Shown in pieces: positions 1-13,100 of a DNA stretch of 64,000 nucleotides (position 1 is the stretch's first letter; each line of letters starts with the position of its first letter). The notes below the pieces were generated by a model. The model had not been told where the DNA came from. It ran no database searches and saw only the letters and a program-made list of their open reading frames with translations. Position numbers and translations under genes: made by a program. The DNA is from Octopus vulgaris (taxonomy: Eukaryota): positions 186,930,001-186,994,000 of the forward strand of contig OX597814.1 of assembly GCA_951406725.2 (NCBI GenBank), written 5' to 3'.

Positions 1-1277
1 AAGAATGGATATTGACGTGTATGCGTCTGTTTTCAAATGTAATTCTGGAGAAATGAAGAGGCAAATTTACCTTATCTTGGCTGACTCATTTTGCCCCAGT
101 TAAATGTATCTTTTACATGCTCAAAGGGAACGGAGATAATTTTCTGAAATAGTATTCAGATTATGTTATAATGAGAGCATTGCATTTAGTGAAGGTCATT
201 TGCTTAGCTGATATAGTTTTTTTTTTTTTTTCCTTTAAGGTAGTGTACATTTGTAAAAACTATATTTCTTCTCTAAGTAAAAAATGCAGTAAAAACTCCT
301 CATTGTGCCCCACCGTTCACCCCTATCAAAGAGACAACAGAAGTTAAACGTTCCACGGATTAAACCTAACATTTTAATATCTAAACACTGACTAAATAAA
401 TTATAAAAATATAGATTAATGTAAGAGGGGCTATTATTGTTTTACTTGTCCCAACATGTCGTTTGACATTATGCTCCCCGACAAATATGTAAGCTGCACA
501 TTTCCATTAAGTATTATCAATAGGAGCGGTCATCGCTTTATTTGCAGGATTTAATCATTGATACTCACTAATTACAGGCTTATCCCGCACTCAACAATAT
601 ACTGAATCTCATTATGATGCACTGACTGCCATCAAGACAAAATATAGACTGTTTCACGAATTTGAATGTTGTCCTTCTTCAAGAACCAAGTTCATGATTG
701 CATGGTTTCAATGTTAGAGTATCACTGAATTTACGTATCTACTGTCTTGACAACAGACAGAGCAGGAAAAAAACTTAACTTGAACCCAATGCAACAAGCG
801 TATCTCAACAGTTTACCTAAATAGCGTAGAGATATTGCATAAATTCACATAAGATTTGTTTCTTTTAGTGGGTATTTATTTTACACGGCAAGTATTTTAG
901 ACGTTTAAATAGATTGTGATTCTTACTTACCCCAGTCACAGAAATGGAAACTGTGTGGAAGACCGTTAGGTGACACATTCATATTGCCTAGCTAAACATA
1001 TTTGATCCAATTTTCGGTTTAACACCACTACTACTACAAGGTGTTCGTGTGCCTTTTGTTTTTCTGGAGGCGAGTTGTTTTTCTAAAAAAATTTTAGCCA
1101 GCAAGAACGCAATGTCCATAACATTTAACAGGGCCCCGAGGATGGGGAAAGAAAGCAAGTAAGGTACCCTCGAAACGGAGATCTGACTCAAATGCACTGG
1201 TACCTTTAGCGGAGTCTACTCCCTGTAACCCGCTAAAGGCGCCCAAGTTGCCAGAGGGTGGTATTGACCGAGCGAAA

Positions 1278-1500
1278 GGCGGCGAGCTGGCAGAAACGTT
1301 AGCACGCCGGGCGAAATGCGTAGCCGTATTTCGTCTGCCGTTACGTTCTGAGTTCAAATTCCGCCGAGGTCGACTTTGCCTTTCATCCTTTAGGGGTCGA
1401 TAAATTAAGTACCAGTTACGCACTGGGGTCGATGTAATCGACTTAATACCTTTGTCCTTGTTTGTCCCTTCTGTGTTTAGCCCCTTGTGGGTAGTAAAGA
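1278..1500 (+). mobile_element. tRNA-derived SINE, family A (octopus type)
   Basis: Head GGCGGCGAGCTGGCAG, B-box-like GAGTTCAAATTCC, central GCCTTTCATCCTT..GGGGTCGATAAATTAAGTACCAG; related copies at 8499, 18698, 20398, 21654. Confidence 0.85.
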
Positions 1501-2984
1501 CTCATTATAAATTCCTTTTTTTTGTAAGCATTCAGACTAGTTCTAGAGTCTGAGAATAATTTCCTCCACAAGTCTCTGGGATTCTGAAGAAGTTGATTGG
1601 TGCTACCTTTCCTTCTCTCTGACAGAGTAATAATGATTAAAGTGTTATTTAGTAAATTGAAAACTATCTTGAATTTCAGGCATAAACTCCTATATTATTA
1701 AATAGTGTAATTGTTGGTACATGTAAAACTCAGGAAGAACGAAAACATTAAATGTTTAGCAATTTCTTGTGCATATATATTTTGATTACGAACCCATTTT
1801 TGAAAGTGATTCTTAATAGTTATTGAAAAAGAATTCCTTTATTTTAAAGCCAGTTTATGATGTAAAATAATAAGGGAGAAATGTTAATGTTTAAGCAATT
1901 GAGCTGGTTTGCATTCAGAAACGAAATGAAATTCATAAATGTATATCTGCAATCCATGCCATTAAACTATTCGTGAAATTGTCTCACTGAGAAGAGTTAA
2001 AATTTAATTACGAAGAATAAATTTTGATTTAAACACTGAATAGGATTTCAGTTGCAAATTATGTGAGCTGACCATCGTTTAGATTAAAATTTTTGTTTCT
2101 GTCGTGCATTCTTTATGAGAAAATTATTCCATTTCAGTAAATAAGAATATATTATGTTGGCTGCCATTACATATGTCTTCCTGTTAAGGGGAACCGTTCT
2201 TCATTAGTTAATGTTTTTTTTTTTTGCATACTTTTATTCTACAAAATATAGTCTCTAATGTCATCTTGTTTACTATATTTTCAACGTTAAAGTAGTACGC
2301 ATTCAAACTTTATTATATATGACAAATTAAAAGGAAATCTCTCACACGGCTGACTATTACCATGAACTTCAGCTTTCTAGTTTTGTTTGTCAGTAATTTT
2401 TTTTAAGATCCTTAGTCACTTCTAATTTTATGTTATACGCAATAAAATATATTTGCTTCAAAGCTAAACAAACAAAAATATTTATTTGTTTAATAAGATA
2501 TTTAATTATGACAATAAGCAATGTTTAAATCAATAGCTTTTAGTGCATTTTCTCTGATAGATTTCTATGCCATTGACCACAATATAGTTAAGTTGATAAC
2601 GAAACGAATAAGAAATAAGTGATGGCATAGGTCTCGTTATGGTTGCTGCCGAAATAGTTATCAGTAAGACATTCAGGGAAAGCGGTCAACTCCCAAACCC
2701 GAGAGTTTTCGTAGATCGCAGCGAGCTGGGCTCAAACAGGTTGATATATTGTTTTTCAAAGAACTGTATTTATGTAACTTAATTTCAGTTGATGGCATTT
2801 ACAATGATCCTTAAATCGAATTTGAGTAAAGAACAACGACAAAATTATTTTAACAAAGTATTTCACAGAATATCAAAGTAATTCATTTTGTAATAACAAA
2901 GTAATTCAGAGAATATCTATTTGCTTGTTTTACAAAATTTGAATATAGTAGCTAATATTTTTGTTATCAAAATCAAATTCAATG

Positions 2985-3503
2985 ACTGGCATCCGTGCTA
3001 GCGGGGTGCAAAGAGCACCATACAAGTGTGATCGTTGACAGAGCGGCTGACCGGCTTCCGTGCCAGTGGGACATAGAAGGCACCATTCGAGTATGATCGT
3101 TAGCAGCGTCGCTTTACTGGCACATGTGCCCGTGCTAAGAGGACTATCCGAGCGTGATCGTTGCCAGAGTAGCCAACTGGTTTCTGTGCCGGTGGCACGT
3201 AAAAGGGTACCATTCGAGCGTGATCGTTACCAACGTCGCCTTACTGGCACCTGTGCCGGTGGCATGCGTAAAAAGATTCGAGCGAGGTCATTGCCAGTAC
3301 CGCCTGACTGGCCCCGTGCCGGTGGCACGTAAAAAGCACCCACTACACTCTTGGAGTGGTTGGCGTTAGGAAGGGCATCCAGCTGTAGAAACTCTGCCAG
3401 ATCAAGATTGGGGCCTGGTGCAGCCATCTGGTTCGCCAGCCCTCAGTCAAAATCGTCCAACCCATGCTTGCATGGAAAGCGGACGTTAAACGATGATGAT
3501 GAT
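2985..3503 (+). mobile_element. RTE LINE 3' UTR fragment with tandem hairpin units and (GAT)n tail
   Basis: Six ~60-67 bp units starting GTGCC.GTGGCAC, then GGTTGGCGTTAGGAAGGGCATCCAGCTGTAG and GGACGTTAAAC(GAT)n; the same hairpin units and terminus follow the RT ORF of the RTE at 50073-52177. Confidence 0.8.
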
Positions 3504-3516
3504 TCATATGTTAAAG

Positions 3517-3712
3517 GGTGATGAGCTGGCAGAAGCGTAAGAGGAATTTCTTCTCGTTTTTCACGTTTTGAGTTCAAATTCCGTCGAGGTCAACTTTCGG
3601 GATTGATAAAATAAGTACCGGTATAAAATAAGTTTCAGCACAAGAGTTGATTACATCAACTAACTCCCTTAACCCAGAATTTTAGGCCCCGTGCCTATAA
3701 ATTAAAGAATCA
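3517..3712 (+). mobile_element. degenerate SINE family A
   Basis: GATGAGCTGGCAGAA ... GAGTTCAAATTCCGTCGAGGTCAACTTT ... GATAAAATAAGTACC. Confidence 0.6.
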
Positions 3713-4126
3713 TTTTAAATAGGAGTAATTGTTCAGTTTGGTTGATTAAAAATAGTAAATAAAAATTAAGTGTGAGATAAGTACTAAAAGAAGCAAAGGG
3801 CCAAATCAATCTTAGAGGAATCGCGAACTATCATTCAATTAGGAAAAGCTGGAGACAACATTCTTCAGTGGTTGGCACGGCGTCAACTGATTACAGATAT
3901 GTGCACCTGTAAAAATTGTAATTCACCGTGTGGCCTTACATGTGCTGATGTTGCTGATGGAAAATTATAGCACTCTAAGTGTTTAAAAGGAGCAAATCTG
4001 TTTACTGTTCATTTTTTGAGAGGAGTCTTTTCTACTCTAGGCACATATGTCGGAAGTATAAAGATTTGAATAACACCTGTGTATGACTCCATTTCTTAAT
4101 TTATCTGTGTGTGTGTGTGTGTATAT

Positions 4127-4265
4127 CTCTTTTACTTGTTTCAGTCATTTGACTGCGACCATGCTGGAGCACCGCCTTTAGTCGAGCAACTCGACCCCAG
4201 GACTTATTCTTTGTAAACCTAGTACTTATTCTATCGGTCTCTTTTGCCAAACCGCTAAGTTACGG
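4127..4265 (-). mobile_element. SINE family B, 3' part
   Basis: CTCTTTTACTTGTTTCAGTCATTTGACTGCGACCATGCTGGAGCACC matches the family B tail. Confidence 0.75.
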
Positions 4266-4424
4266 TTGGTAATATTCTCAAGTTTCATTGGTCCCACTCC
4301 TGAACTATATAAGGCCGTTATATTGACGACTCTATCGGTGCAACCTCACTCTCCTGTGAAAATCTAGACTCCTTCCTCTCTTTTATCAAATCTTTTCATC
4401 TTGGAATGCGCTTGTAAATACTTG

Positions 4425-4578
4425 AGTGTGTATATATGTATAACTATATATTTATGTATGTGTGTGCATGTATGCATATATACATACATATGTAGATATA
4501 CATTTTTGCATGTATGTATATATATATGCATGCACAAACATGTAAATATGCATATTCACACACACGTGTGTGTGTGTG

Positions 4579-4628
<50 letters not shown>

Positions 4629-4690
4629 TATGTATACACACACACACACACACATGTATACATATATGTATACACACACACACACACACA
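4425..4690. repeat. compound (TA)n/(CA)n/(TG)n microsatellite
   Basis: Visible dinucleotide runs; similar tracts at 39980-40197, 41985-42420, 45870-46055, 58212-58565, 60927-61275. Confidence 0.95.
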
Positions 4691-6054
4691 AGAAACAGGT
4701 AGGCTGACAGATAGAAGTGAAGAGAAAAAGCGAAATGAATTGAGAGAGTGAGGATCGAAGTGAAAGAAAAATATAACTCTGAGATATCGAAAGAGTTTGC
4801 AAGAGAAAGAAAAAGAAATGCAAAGAGAGTAAAATAGAAAGAGCAACTTGTTGTAAACAATGCCCAAATGTTAATAATGGATAGACAATTTGAATGCGTC
4901 CATTAGCAAGCCACTTTTCCAGTTCTTTGCTATCATCATTCATCTCTGCATCCTCCATTACATATGAATCTGTTCATGTGCTGTTGATTCATCATCATTC
5001 CCTACAGTGATATACAACCTTTAACATGCACTTTCTTCACCTCATCTTCAACCTTTACTTAATACCTGACCAAATAAATACAACTGTGACTTTCTTTTAG
5101 ATGTCAGTTGTTAAATTGTTCCTCTTGTTCAGCTGAGAAAAGACCCTCTGGCTCTTAAAGGCAATCTTAATCTATTTACTTAAACATTGAATGATTATTT
5201 CAACTACTAGTATATCTCAAGTGACAGCTATCTGTTAGAGTTGTTGCCGACATTTTGGCACTATGTTTTACACAGTTCTAGATCGAGATAGTGCTTCTTT
5301 TTTTTTTTTTTGTGGGTGGCGTAGGGGGGGGGGGGGGTTGTCATCTCATTGGCTGACTGACCCATAATAATGTTTTCTCACAACTCAACAAGGTCTTCTT
5401 ACTGATTCTTCATGTATTGTTATAACTGTTTTCATTGCTTAAAGAAACACACCGTATTTTTATTCTTGTTCTTAGGTCAGTCTACTTGACTTGACTGCAA
5501 GTAATTACTTCATAATAGTCATATCAAATAGTTTTAACCAGTTAACAGCAGAGAATAAATGAATTTATTGGCAATCAGTAACTGAACTTTAATTTGCTGA
5601 GTTGACTTTTCCAGTAATTCTTTTTGGCTTCATAAAATAAGTAATAGTTGTAACATACGTTAAGCAGCTACACTAATCCCATATGGATTAGCTTAAATCT
5701 CTTTAAAGTCAGCCAAAATCTTGTCTCTCTCTTCTTGTGCTATGTACTCATTTCTGTTATTGTAGTATTTGTTAATTCAATTTTCAACATCTTTTAAGTA
5801 CATGGTTGCAAAAATGGCTGTTTTGCAACCACATGGTTATGTGTTCAATTCCACTGTGCACCACTTTAGACATGTGTCTTCTACCATTCATAGCCTTGAT
5901 TTAATCCATACCAAATGAGTGAAAGTTAATAGATGCTGTTGTCACTCATTATTGAGAATTACTTATTATCAGCATATTTTGTTGGTGTTAGGTCACAAGG
6001 AGACATAGAACCTCTGTGTCATTGCCCCACCACATGATTCAGTGGAGTATTTCA

Positions 6055-7296
6055 TAAGGGTCAGCTGACAAGTTCATAGGCTGACCAAGATTCTCTCATG
6101 GAATATGGCCAAATGAGGTTTATTTTTCAGTATAGTCCCCCTTGCAGTCCACACACTTCCTCTGCTTGGATCCCATTGGTGAAGATATTTGCATTCTGTT
6201 GGTCAAAAAAAAGTCATCAACTGCAGATATTACATCATCATCACTGCAATACTGTCTCCTCCCAGTCAAGTATCTTTTCATGTTGGGGAACAAATGATAG
6301 TCAGTCAGATGGGGCCAAATCAGGAGAATAGGGAGGGTGATCAATCAGTTCAAAGCCACAATCATGCACAACAGCCATTGAAATCAAAGATTTGTGTGCT
6401 GGAGCATTGTTTCAATGAAACAAAACTCCTGTCATCAGCTTTTCTGTGCATTTGATCTTGATAGCCTTTTGTAACTGCCTCAGCAAGTTGGCATAGTATT
6501 CTCCATTGATGGTATGGCTCTTTTAAAGATAGCCAATAAACACAAAGCCTTTTGCATCCCAAAAAACTGAGGCCATCGCCTTCCCTGCAAATGAAATGAC
6601 CTTGGCCTTCTTTGGAGCAAACGAGAAGGGATGTTTCCACTGCATGGATTGTCTCTGTGTTTGGCAAAGTGATGAACCTTGGCTTAGGATATGTTCACGG
6701 AAATCAGCTGGATCTTCCTGAAACAATGTCATATTTTCCCATGGTGAGATCAGCCTAGTATACTTTTGAAGATATGGCACCCATTGAGTTGTTCATTGTG
6801 CAAAATATTCTCAACTTTTCCACAGGATATGCTAACAGCATTGGCTATTTGATTTATAGTCAATTACCTGTCATCCATCACAATGTGTTGAACATGATCA
6901 AAGTTTTCCTTGGTAGTGGCAGCTGCAGGACATCCAGATTTTACATCATCTTGAAGACTCTCCCTTCCACTCCTAAGTTCAGCTGCCCACTTTTGGACTT
7001 TTGGTAAGCTGGAGAGTCATCCCCTAATGTAGCAACCATGTCAGCATGAATGTCCTGTGGGGCCAAACCCTTTCTCTGCTGGTACCTGATAACACCATGA
7101 TGCCAAATTTTGTCTGTTTTCAAGAAAAGCCACTACCTGTTACTTTTGAAGTCTTCTGTGAACAATCAGATGTCAGTTTACCTATAAAGAAACAATGAAG
7201 TTATTAATAAAAAGAGTTGAAATTAATGCATGCAAAATTTCACAGCTGTAGCATCACTGTTTCATAGTCAGCCTATAAACTTTCAGCTCACCCTTG
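6055..7296 (-). mobile_element. decayed mariner transposon
   Basis: TIRs AAGGGTCAGCTGACAAGTTCATAGGCTGAC / GTCAGCCTATAAACTTTCAGCTCACCCTTG-TA; transposase pieces MKTDKIWHHGVIRY..., SAGKAMASVFWD-like motif, PDLAPSDYHLF-like motif, CVDCKGDYTEK. Confidence 0.85.
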
Positions 7297-7394
7297 TATA
7301 TATGTAAGTATCTATATGTATGTTTGTGTTGATGTTAACATTGATTTTCACTTAGCCACTTGCTGAAGCTACTTATGTCAGTGCTGGGAGGAGG

Positions 7395-8215
7395 GATCAG
7401 TCCCTCAAGACATGAGAGACTGCAACATTGTCATCCTATGTAAGAACTAAGAGGACAAAAGTGATTGCAATAATTACCAAGGTATCTCACTATTAAGCAT
7501 CATCAGGAAGGTCTTTGTCCACATGGTCCTAAACTAACTACAGAAAATCACTGAGAGGGTATACCCAAATCTCAGTGTGGTTTTAGATCAGAAGACTCCA
7601 CTACCGACATGATCTTCTCTCTTCGACAGCTACAGAAATGCCAAGAGCAAAGGCAACCACTCTTTATCACCTTCATCGATCTCGCAAAGGTTTTTGACCT
7701 CATCAGTAGAGACAGCCTGTTCAAAATCCTTGCCAAGATTGGCTGTTCTCCAAGACTCCAGGATTGTCCAGTCATTTCATGTGGACATGAAAAGCGTTGT
7801 TCAGTTTGATGACACTTCTTTGGAGGCATTCACCATACGTAGCAGCTTGAAGCAGGATTGTGTGCTTGTCCCTACTCTGTTTGGCATCTTTTTTGCCGTC
7901 ATGCTGGAACGTGCATTTGGGACACCAACTGATGGTGTTTACCTTCACACCAGATCCAAGGCTAAAAGCAAAATCCAGGGTGCGCCAGGTACTTATCAGA
8001 GAAATGCTGTTTGTGGACAATGCAGCACTAACAACACACTCTGAAGAGCAAATGCAGCACCTCATGGACAAACATTCAAAGGCCTGGCAGTAATTTAGCC
8101 TAACTATCAGTCTGAAGAAGACAAAAGTGTGAAGGACTCCACCCCACACCATCGCCAACAACAACTACAAGCTGGAGGTAGTCCATGAATTCACCTATCT
8201 TGGCTCTACCATTGC
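7395..8215 (+). mobile_element. RTE (BovB-like) LINE RT fragment, frameshifted
   Basis: MIFSLRQLQKCQEQRQPLFITFIDLAKVFD, LKQDCVLVPTLF, MLFVDNAAL, EVVHEFTYLGS. Confidence 0.85.
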
Positions 8216-8221
8216 TTTTAT

Positions 8222-8891
8222 CTTTTATTTGTTTTAATGATCAGACTGCAGCCATGCTGGAGCACCTCCTTGATGAATTTTTGTTAAACACATCAATCCT
8301 AATACTTCTACCTTTTAAGCGTGGTACTTACTCCATTAGTTGCTTTTGCTGAACTGCTAAGTTAAGAGGACATCAGTTGCTAAACATTAGTGAGAGACAA
8401 ACACAAAGACACACATACATGCATGCGCACACATGCATGACCATGCATATGCACGCGCACACACACACACACACAGAAAACAAGCTTTCAGTTTTTTTTA
8501 TTTCTTTATTGCCTACAAGGGGTTAAACATAGAGGGGACAAACAAGGACAGATGAAGGGATTAAGTCGATTACATCGACCCCAGTGCGTAACTGCTACTT
8601 AATTTATCGACCCCGAAAGGATGAAAGGCAAAGTTGACCTCAGCGGAATTTGAACTCAGAACGTAATGGCAGACGAAATACCACTAAGCATTTTGCCCGG
8701 CATGCTAACGTTTCTGCCAGCTCGCCACCTTAAGCTTCTTTCAGTTTCTGTCTACCAAATCCACACATAGGGCTTTGGTCAGCTTCAAGCCATTGTTGGT
8801 GTCACTTGTCCAAGATGCCATGCAGTGGGACTGAATCCAGAACCATGTGGTTGGGAAGTAAACTTCTTACCACACAGCTATGCCTGCACCT
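8222..8891 (-). mobile_element. SINE family B interrupted by a family A SINE
   Basis: Family B tail at 8222-8400 and head at 8733-8891 flank the insert. Confidence 0.75.
8499..8730 (-). mobile_element. SINE family A nested in family B
   Basis: Reverse complement of 1278-1500; imperfect duplication AAGCTT(CT)TTCAGTTT on both sides. Confidence 0.85.
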
Positions 8892-9261
8892 ATAACATAT
8901 ATACCATCCTGAAATAAGCATCAGGGTTTGATAGAATTAACTAAATTTACTGAACCCTTGAAGGTGGTACTCAAGCATAAACACCAGTAATATAATAAAA
9001 TAGCATTCTTATACACATATTATCTTTGTAAAAGTCATATTCCATAACCCATTTGTTATTTATATGTCACTGACGACTATGTGGTGATTCAAGGAAGAAT
9101 GAACTGGTATGCTTTTCAGTTGCCCTCTTCCAATTACACTATAAAAAAAAAACTCATTATACTCACTTGACCTGCTGGAAATAGCCACCATATCTCAGTC
9201 AAACTGCACCTACCTGCCCTGAAAAAGAGTGCATTAAATAAAGTAATACCTCTCTCTCTCT

Positions 9262-9665
9262 CTCTCTCTTTACTCTTTTACTTGTTTCAGTCATTTGACT
9301 GTGGCCATGCTGGAGCACCGCCTTTAGTCAAGCAAATCGACCCCAGGACTTATTCTTTGTAAGCCTAGTACTTATTCTATCGGTCTCTTTTGCCGAACTG
9401 CTAAGTTACGGGAACGTAAACACACCAGCATCGGTTGTCAAGCGATGGTGGCAGGACAAACACAGACACACAAACATATACACACACATACATACATATA
9501 TACAACAGGCTTCTTTCAGTTTCCGTCTACCAAATCCACTCACAAGGCTTTGGTTGGCCTGAGGCTATAGCAGAAGACACTTGCCCAGGGTGCCACGCAG
9601 TGGGACTGAACCCGGAACCATGTGGTTTGTAAGCAAGCTACTTACTACACAGCCACTCCTACGCC
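9262..9665 (-). mobile_element. SINE family B, full length (tRNA head, CORE-like body, internal microsatellite)
   Basis: Minus strand GGCGTAGGAGTGGCTGTG...GGTTCCGGGTTCAGTCCCACTGCGTGGCACCCTGGGCAAGTGTCTT ... GACTGAAACAAGTAAAAGAG. Confidence 0.85.
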
Positions 9666-10058
9666 AAATATAATTTCTGAGAAAAGGGACGATGGTCATG
9701 GCTAGAATACCTTTGATCATAATACTGACCTCTGACTGAGCAACAATAAAAAGCTAACTGACAGTTTGCAGTGATAAACTGTGGTCACCAATGGGAACTA
9801 TTGTTGCTGCTATTGTTTAACCTAAGTCAATCCTAATCAAGCAGACCTATAATCAGAGGCATTCCAGTCATGACCATTCCATCTTGTTAAGGATATCTAG
9901 GACAATATTACCTGATGCATCCTTCTTTTTTTTATTATGGTCTATAGGTTATGATTTAAGGAAGAAGTAGCTGGTATTTCTAGCAGGTCAAACAACCATG
10001 TTAAAGTAGATCTTCTTGGTAACTGTTCAGTGCTATTTAAACTGAACCAAAGTGATAT

Positions 10059-10436
10059 ACTCTCTTTTACTTGTTTCAGTCATTTGACTGTAGCCATGCT
10101 GGAGCACCGCCTTTAGTCAAGCAACTTGACCCCAGGACTTATTCTTTGTAAGCCTAGTACTTATTCTATCGGTCTCTTTTGCTGAACCGTTAAGTTACAG
10201 GGACGTAAACACACCAGCTTCGGTTGTCAAGCAATGTTGGGGTGAGAAACACAGACACACAAACATATATACACACATACATATATACATACATATATAA
10301 AACAGGCTTCTTTCAGTTTCCGTCTACCAAATCCACTCACAAGGCTTTGGTCGGCCCGAGGCTATAATAGAAGATACTTGCCCAAGGTGCCATGCAGTGG
10401 AACTGAACCCGGAACCATGTGGTTCATAAGCAAGCC
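10059..10436 (-). mobile_element. SINE family B
   Basis: Near-identical to 9262-9665. Confidence 0.85.
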
Positions 10437-10819
10437 AATCCTAAGTATGTTGCCAATGAACATGTTATTTCAAGACTTGAATCATCAATCTTTCAACAAG
10501 TAGCCTGGAACTTCATCACTGGATCAACTGTCATACTAATAACTACTAAATTCCATTTTCTTTCCTTGGAATATTTTTGCTGAACCGAGAATGAAGTGTG
10601 ATACTCATCTGGTGCCTAAAAGGATGACTGTCTCAGAATTTATGACCTGCAAAGTAACTATATGATTTCTACTTTAGTTATATTAATGTATGCATCATCA
10701 TCATCATTGTTATTGTCATCATCATCATTATCATTTCCACATCTACCTTTCCATGCTTGCATAGATTAGATGAAAGTGCATTGGGCTAGAGTTTTCTATG
10801 ATTGGGTGCCTTTTCAACA

Positions 10820-11178
10820 TCTATAGCAAGACACCTGTGCTTGTCTCTCCTCTATAGCAAGACACCTGTGCTTGTGTCCCCTCTATAGCAAGACACTTGT
10901 GCTTGTCCCTTTGTCATACTCTAGACTCTTGAAACCTGGCATAAACCTATCTCACTTTGTCTTGTGAGTTACCTGGTGACCACTCTGGTGCTGGTGCCAA
11001 GGAAAAAGTACCCAGTACACTCTATAAAGTGACTGGCATTGGGAAGAGCATTTAGCTGTTGAAACCTTACCAAAACAGGTATTGGAGCTCAATGCAATCC
11101 TCCAACTTATTGGATCTTCTCAAAATGTCCAACTCATACCAGCATGGACACTGGACATTAAATGATGATGATGTTGAT
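10820..11178 (+). mobile_element. decayed RTE 3' UTR preceded by three ~31 bp tandem repeats
   Basis: CTATAGCAAGACAC.TGTGCTTGT x3; GGCATTGGGAAGAGCATTTAGCTGT; GGACATTAAAT(GAT)n. Confidence 0.6.
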
Positions 11179-12855
11179 GGTCATACAGAGAGTACATTTT
11201 TTTGTGGCACTACCACTAGTGAGGTCCCAAAATAACTTGCCAGACAAAGGAAAAGCCCCCTCAACCAAGTGGGATTTGTAGTACAGATGAAGGTGGTTTT
11301 ATACGAGGTGTTAGGAGTTAAGTTTGTATTTAGCAAAATCTTAAAATATCGTTATATTTTGGGATGGTCATTTTTTTTTTTGCCTTGCCAAATAAACACA
11401 CGCACTATATATTCATTGTTCACTCATTTATTATTGTTCTTATTTCATCTTATGTTCATTATCTGCAATCTTTTGTCACACATCTGTGACTTCTTCAGCA
11501 ACTCTTCAATCCACATGTTTTCTCCTGATCAAGCAAAAAAAACATCTGAAATATCACAATATCTGTTTCAACTCATGATTTCACATCAGAAATCTTCCAA
11601 AACAAATTCATAAAATCTTTGAATGTTCTTTATATAGTGTGCAAATTGAATCCCTGTCTGTCTGCATGTTAAGACTGACATTCAATGTTGTGATTCCATA
11701 AAATACACTCCATTGGTACAAGAAGCCCAGGTACACATCTCTGATAGAATGAGTTGGTACATACTATCACAGAGTAAAATAGAAGACAAAGATGAAGACA
11801 ACAGCATAACATTAGTTTAACATTGGTTACAGTTGTTTCAGCAGCATACCACTTCAGACCACAAACAAATAATTAACTTTGTGATGAATTACACAAGACT
11901 CCCATAAATTATGCAAAGCTGAAATAGCAGGGAGTGCCATCCTCTTCAGATGCCTATCAAACTCAGATATCACACATGATATCATTAATATTTAATGTGC
12001 TTTGATGCAGAATGTATGTATGTATGTATCAATCAATCATCACCATCATCATTTTCATATGTATATGTATGTATGTGTATATATGTGTGTGTATATATCT
12101 GGATATATGTATATGCATTTACGACCACATCATGATAGTTCTGGCATGGTGAACGCACCTAAAATCTTTAGCAGAAACAGCTGTAAGTCCACAATGCACA
12201 AATAAATGTATAAAGCCCATTATTTATACCTTTTCTTTTATGTATGTATGTATGTATTTATGTATAGATATGTGTGTGTATGTATATGTATAAATATGTA
12301 TGTGTATGTATATGTATGTTATATATAGAGAGAATGTGAGTGAAAGAGGGAGAAAGAGAGAAAGAGGAGTAAAGAGAAAGAGAGAGATTTGCCTAGAGTT
12401 TACAGGCTCACTATGCCAGAGCTTATCACAGTTTCCAAACAGTACAAGCATTGAGAGTATAAGACATGCCATGAACAAAGCAATTGTCTGCTGCAAGATT
12501 AATGACCATCAGCCACTGGTACTCATTTCAGGTTAGTAGGCTGGAGTCATGTGAAATGCAGCACTTTGCTGAAGGACAAAATACACTGCCTGGTCGAAAA
12601 ATGAAATGGTTATCCTTATGGATAATACCCTAAATACTAGGTCATGTATGTTCACCCTCACCCTTCCCATACACACGCATGCGATGGGTATCCATCTACC
12701 AAATTTCACATCTCAAAATATTAGTCGACTAAAGGTTATGAAAGAAGACTTTTATTCAAACTGCTGTGGCCATGGGAATAGATCAGGAATTCTAAAACTT
12801 CTTAACTTACACATAGACATGTCTGACAAACAAGATATCCTTCAAACTGCAACAT

Positions 12856-13100
12856 ATATTCTGTTGTGTCTGGGGAGAGTCATTTTCTTTTTGTGCTTTA
12901 TTATTTAACACACTCACCAGTAAAATTTCCACTTTTTTCTTATTTTTATTGTCCTAAAATTTTTGTTGCGTCTTGCAACCTTTTCAATAGTTTTGACTAT
13001 TTTAGGACAATAAAAAAAAAAAGGAGAAATTTTACCGGTGAGTGTGTTAAATAATAAGGCACAAAAAAGAAAATGACTCTCCCCAGACACAACAGAATAT
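12856..13100. mobile_element. foldback PLE terminal remnant with decayed hammerhead at the centre
   Basis: ~105 bp inverted arms; minus strand CTA TTGAAAA GGTTGC AAGAC GCAAC AAAAA TTT TAG at 12954-12990. Confidence 0.65.

Noticed and set aside
1278-1375. tRNA gene
   Set aside because: Pol III-like boxes belong to a multicopy SINE head; no cloverleaf.
2648-2657. Second GCCGAAATAG match to the tRNA-Phe 5' end
   Set aside because: Only 10 nt, with no LTR or tRNA body; compatible with chance.
2985-3345. CRISPR-like array of palindromic repeats with spacers
   Set aside because: Spacers are homologous to each other, repeats are degenerate, there are no cas genes, and the array belongs to an RTE 3' UTR.
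4401-4958. ORFs rich in YI/CV/HT (also 42029-42444, 45829-46308, 58174-58643, 60856-61447)
   Set aside because: Translations of dinucleotide microsatellites.
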